This document shows, one piece after another, positions 60,504 to 64,000 of a stretch of DNA of 64,000 nt. The stretch covers positions 53,940,001-54,004,000 of the forward strand of contig NC_079169.1 in the NCBI RefSeq assembly GCF_947568905.1, read 5' to 3'. Numbering within the stretch: position 1 is the first letter of the stretch; each line of letters begins with the position of its first letter. The translations under genes and the position numbers were made by a program. Source of the stretch: Ostrea edulis. Taxonomy: Eukaryota. Below the pieces are notes generated by a model. That model was not told where the DNA came from and did not search any database. It saw only the letters and a program-made list of their open reading frames with translations.

Positions 60504-62992
60504 CTGCAAACCATTGAAATATACTTTGAATTAGAAAAAAATATATAATATACATCCATCACAAATACGAATCGTCGAGACTTCCACATCATGAGAGAAC
60601 TATTTTATTCGTACAGGATTAATACGACAATGTACCCTTTTCATGGCATCATTGTAAAAGTGTTCAAACTGCTCAACGTAGAAATGATCTTTAGTCCTCA
60701 ACAAACGCAGCAATGCAACTTTCAGTTCACTTGCTTCTTTTGTATCAGGGTTCAAAACCTGAGGATACAAATAACACACTATTTCATAGAGTAGAAAACG
60801 TTTAACGTCAAGAACAGTATTAGAGTCTATATATTCACTATAAAATATAGAAAATTCAAATGAAGTTGCTGGTGATTTTCAGAATTAATCTAAGTATATT
60901 AACCAACCCTGTTTCCTTCACTGTCTATCCACATATATTTGGCGTCCGCAAGGGAAACCCTCTTTATCAAGTCTTCTTCATCTCTCACTGTGTCGTCGTC
61001 TGAGAGGATTTTCTTACAGTCAGAAGAGTCGTACTCAAGCGAAGGTGAAAACAGAATGGAATAGGAGATACCACGGCCATAGGATCGCACCTGGTGTAAG
61101 TATCCTACAATCAAAGGATAGCACTACAAATAACCAAGAATTTTACAGTATTGTACAACTACAACCAAGAAACTACCATGGAAGGATTATACAGTACTGT
61201 AAAAAGTCTACATGATTTTAACATGTATATTGTTTGAAACAAAATAATTTCTTACTTGAGATACATTTATATAAGTGAAGCCTTTCCCATATAAATTCAT
61301 TTGGAGGCAATTACCTTGAGCTTAAACTCTCAAATTGAAATACATAATTGGCTCCTCATTTACACCGCCCAAGCCAAAATTAAAATCAATTAGATCAAAC
61401 TGAAGGTCATTAGCAGTTACCGGCCGGTATAAGAATACAATCTCCTGACGTCAGAGTGGCATGATTCCAGGGGGTGGTCGAGACATCGGTGAATTTGAAC
61501 ATATTCACCTTGTCTACGTCAATGGGAGAGTGACCGGAACCAGAATTCTTGTACTAAAAACAAACAGAGAAGCAAAACTGTATGCACAATATCATGTGTA
61601 CCTACATACAAAACCATGCATAACTATCTATTTACATATGTAACTAATTATACAGTAACTGTGTTATGGTTGCGGTACCCTAGTAGTGAGGATGCTCGGG
61701 AGGCCCGCGTCCGATCCTCGATGCCGGAGTCGCGTAGCGTTAGGTACTTGAATGATCCAGGCTAGCGAAAGTCACGAGTCTCTCGGATTAAAGACGGGGG
61801 TTCCTTGTTAATGAAAGCGTTGGCACGATATCACTGCTACGGTCTTGAGCATAATGCACAGGTCAAAAAATATATGGCACTTCACCTACAGCTGGAGACG
61901 TCTCTTTAGTGGAGTTCGAGTGCCAACTATAGTCATATCAAAGTGAAACTATAGTTCACTCGAAAGTGTTTTAGTTTGCCGGAAGTGAACGAGTCTAGTA
62001 GAAAATTACTAACTATTCTATCACGTACTGGCGGTCTAGTTCAAAGATGGCGGACAAAGTGTGAAAAGTAGTTTGAGCATGTAAGTAGAGATTACATTTT
62101 GAAGAACATGTGACAGAAATCAACAAGAGGTGCATGTTTTTAGTTATCTTAGTCGATTTTACTCATTTGGCCACAGTTTTACAATTAACTCTTGCCACGG
62201 CATGGTAAAATGCAACAATAGAGATGAAAGTCAGCCGTTCTCCACACGGAAAGCGATGCATTAAAAAAATATTTTGAATTGATTAATAATTTTGGGAAAC
62301 TTTTCGATCCCGAAGAACACGGTTATCGAGAAACAAGTTATAGCTAGTAAATTTATGCTAGTTCATATGTAATTCTTCAACGCCATCATCGAAAACTACC
62401 TTGCAAAATTGACAATCCACAACTGATCTGTTGCAGACAGCCATATTTTTATTTCTGAACTAACCTAAACTTCGTTCGCGTGCACTAGACATTCGTAAAC
62501 TAAACTTTAGTATTAGACTATAGTTAACACGCGAACTCCACCTATATGATCTCAGTGATATTTGGATGAGACGCAAAACCGCGTAATCATTAATTTTCCC
62601 GAGCTTTAGTTTTGGTTGATATGTCCATGGGAGAAAAATAAGCAACCATATCATTCTGAAAGCCAATGCACATGCAACTTTTTCTCTTCATTCTCGCAAA
62701 TCGAACCCACAAAACCTCTAGATTCTACACGTATTCTATCAAAGTTACGCTGTATGTGTAATAAACGTGACATAAATTATTTGGAATAACGAGAAATGAA
62801 CATTTACGTTTTCCTCATAAAGAAAGTTCCACTTGTACTTTTCGTCCACAATAATGAAATCCTTTCTGCCAAACAGCACACAGTGCAAATCATGGTCCTC
62901 GTGACTGTGAAGGCGTGACGATGTACCGCCGCTGCTCATCCATAACCGCGCCTCATACAGTCGCTCGTAGAATGTGCCACATTTCAGGCATC
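60327..62992 (-). CDS. JmjC/cupin-like (Cupin_8-type) domain protein, last 4 exons (62808-62992, 61421-61553, 60908-61104, 60327-60503); 5' part outside window
   Basis: LWMSSGGTSSRLHSHEDHDLHCVLFGRKDFIIVD...SPIDVDKVN...LTSGDCILIPAGYLHQVRSYGRGISYS matches the JmjC double-stranded beta-helix pattern; exon phases 1-0, 0-1, 1-0, 0-stop are consistent. Confidence 0.9.
60908..61104 (-). CDS. JmjC-like protein exon
   Basis: YLHQVRSYGRGISYSILFSPSLEYDSSDCKK...MWIDSEGNR. Confidence 0.88.
61421..61553 (-). CDS. JmjC-like protein exon
   Basis: YKNSGSGHSPIDVDKVNMFKFTDVSTTPWNHATLTSGDCILIPA. Confidence 0.9.
61670..61930 (+). mobile_element. Degenerate tRNA-headed SINE
   Basis: gcgttggcacgatatcactgctacgg and cacctacagctggagacgtc segments, related to 52380-52680. 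Confidence 0.55.
62808..62992 (-). CDS. JmjC-like protein exon
   Basis: CLKCGTFYERLYEARLWMSSGGTSSRLHSHEDHDLHCVLFGRKDFIIVDEKYKWNFLYEEN. Confidence 0.9.
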
Positions 62993-63919
62993 CTGGCAAC
63001 TGAATAGAAGATACAGGTTAACAGAAACAAGAAATGAATGCATCCCCTATGCAAATTTTCAACAGTTTTAACTCATCGCAAATTGTCCCCTTTGCTCCAT
63101 GGAGGCGGAGTATAAAAACCTAGTGCAATTTTAAAAAATCTTTTCAGTTCGCAACCAAACCTGGTGTATAGTAATGATGAGCATGAGAGAATCTATTAAA
63201 ATCATGGTCCCAGGGTCAGGGGTTCAGGTCATAGGGTGGGTAAATTATTCATAATTATAATGAAAATATGTTATGCATTCCAAAATACACGTATTTCTTT
63301 TACTCCCAAACGTCTTTTAAACAAACCCGCTGCGGTTATCTTTTGAAAATTGAGGTCTCTAATGAAATTGTCCCCAGGGTCAGGCCCTCAGATGAAGTCT
63401 CTAATGAAATTGTCCCCAGGGTCAGGAGTTCAGGCCCCTAGATCATGCTTTATGGCTCACGTACTGAAAATGCATTACATATTTCAAAAACTTGTTCATT
63501 ATTCTTCATATCTAGTTAACAAACTGGGTGTATACTCGTAGTTGTAGCCCATGCTAACAAAGTTTGGGTGGTAAAATAAACGTATTCAGGATCATCATAT
63601 CTGTTCATCCGATTTGTAATGGAGACATATTAGAAGTTAGCCTTACTCATGGTAAGGCAATATGACTTGATCTTGGTCAAGGTCTTTAGTATATAAATAT
63701 TGCCTAGGTCAAATCTTGGTAATACAGAAGCGGTTGTGTATCATACATGGTACGAAGTTGGGTAACGACCAGGGATTGTGAGATGACCCGGAACCAAGTT
63801 CAATAGTTTCAGCAAGTTCAATGTCACTAGCTAAAACGAAGGTTAGAATGAATGCCTGGGACACAAACTTGTAATGGACAGACATGTTAAGATGTTATTA
63901 GGAGCTCATACTTGGCAAA

Positions 63920-64000
63920 TCCCGTGGGGATCCGGGTTAGAATAGGTGCTCAGTAACCCTTGCTTGTCGCAAGAGGCGACTAAATGGGGCGGTCCTTCGG
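63920..64000 (+). mobile_element. SINE-like interspersed repeat 5' part (family of 45415-45686)
   Basis: tcccgtggggatccgggttagaatagg...gcttgtcgcaagaggcgactaaatggggcggtccttcgg; runs off the window. Confidence 0.75.

Overview
AT-rich, repeat-dense eukaryotic genomic DNA, most likely an oyster/bivalve (inferred from gene and repeat content), with two assembly gaps (36575-36774, 60140-60285). Three intron-containing genes were reconstructed by hand from GT/AG sites and phase-matched exons. (1) A minus-strand macrophage-mannose-receptor-like gene with 30 exons (36232 down to 1418) encodes at least nine tandem C-type lectin domains. It has one apparent 1-nt frameshift near 35738, its 5' end is probably in the first gap, and its 3' end is probably left of the window. 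(2) A plus-strand, three-exon, 78-aa secreted single-domain Kazal protease inhibitor (47089-58713) is absent from the ORF track. (3) The last four exons of a minus-strand JmjC/cupin-like protein (62992-60327) show an HxH metal motif and a C-terminal RVEL. The rest is introns and intergenic DNA with Penelope-like and RTE retroelement remnants, SINEs, MITEs, Helentron-like elements and many minisatellites. The most striking pattern: at least 10 minisatellite arrays are tandem amplifications of an exon end plus its 5' splice site, forming ladders of spare donor sites, some in frame.
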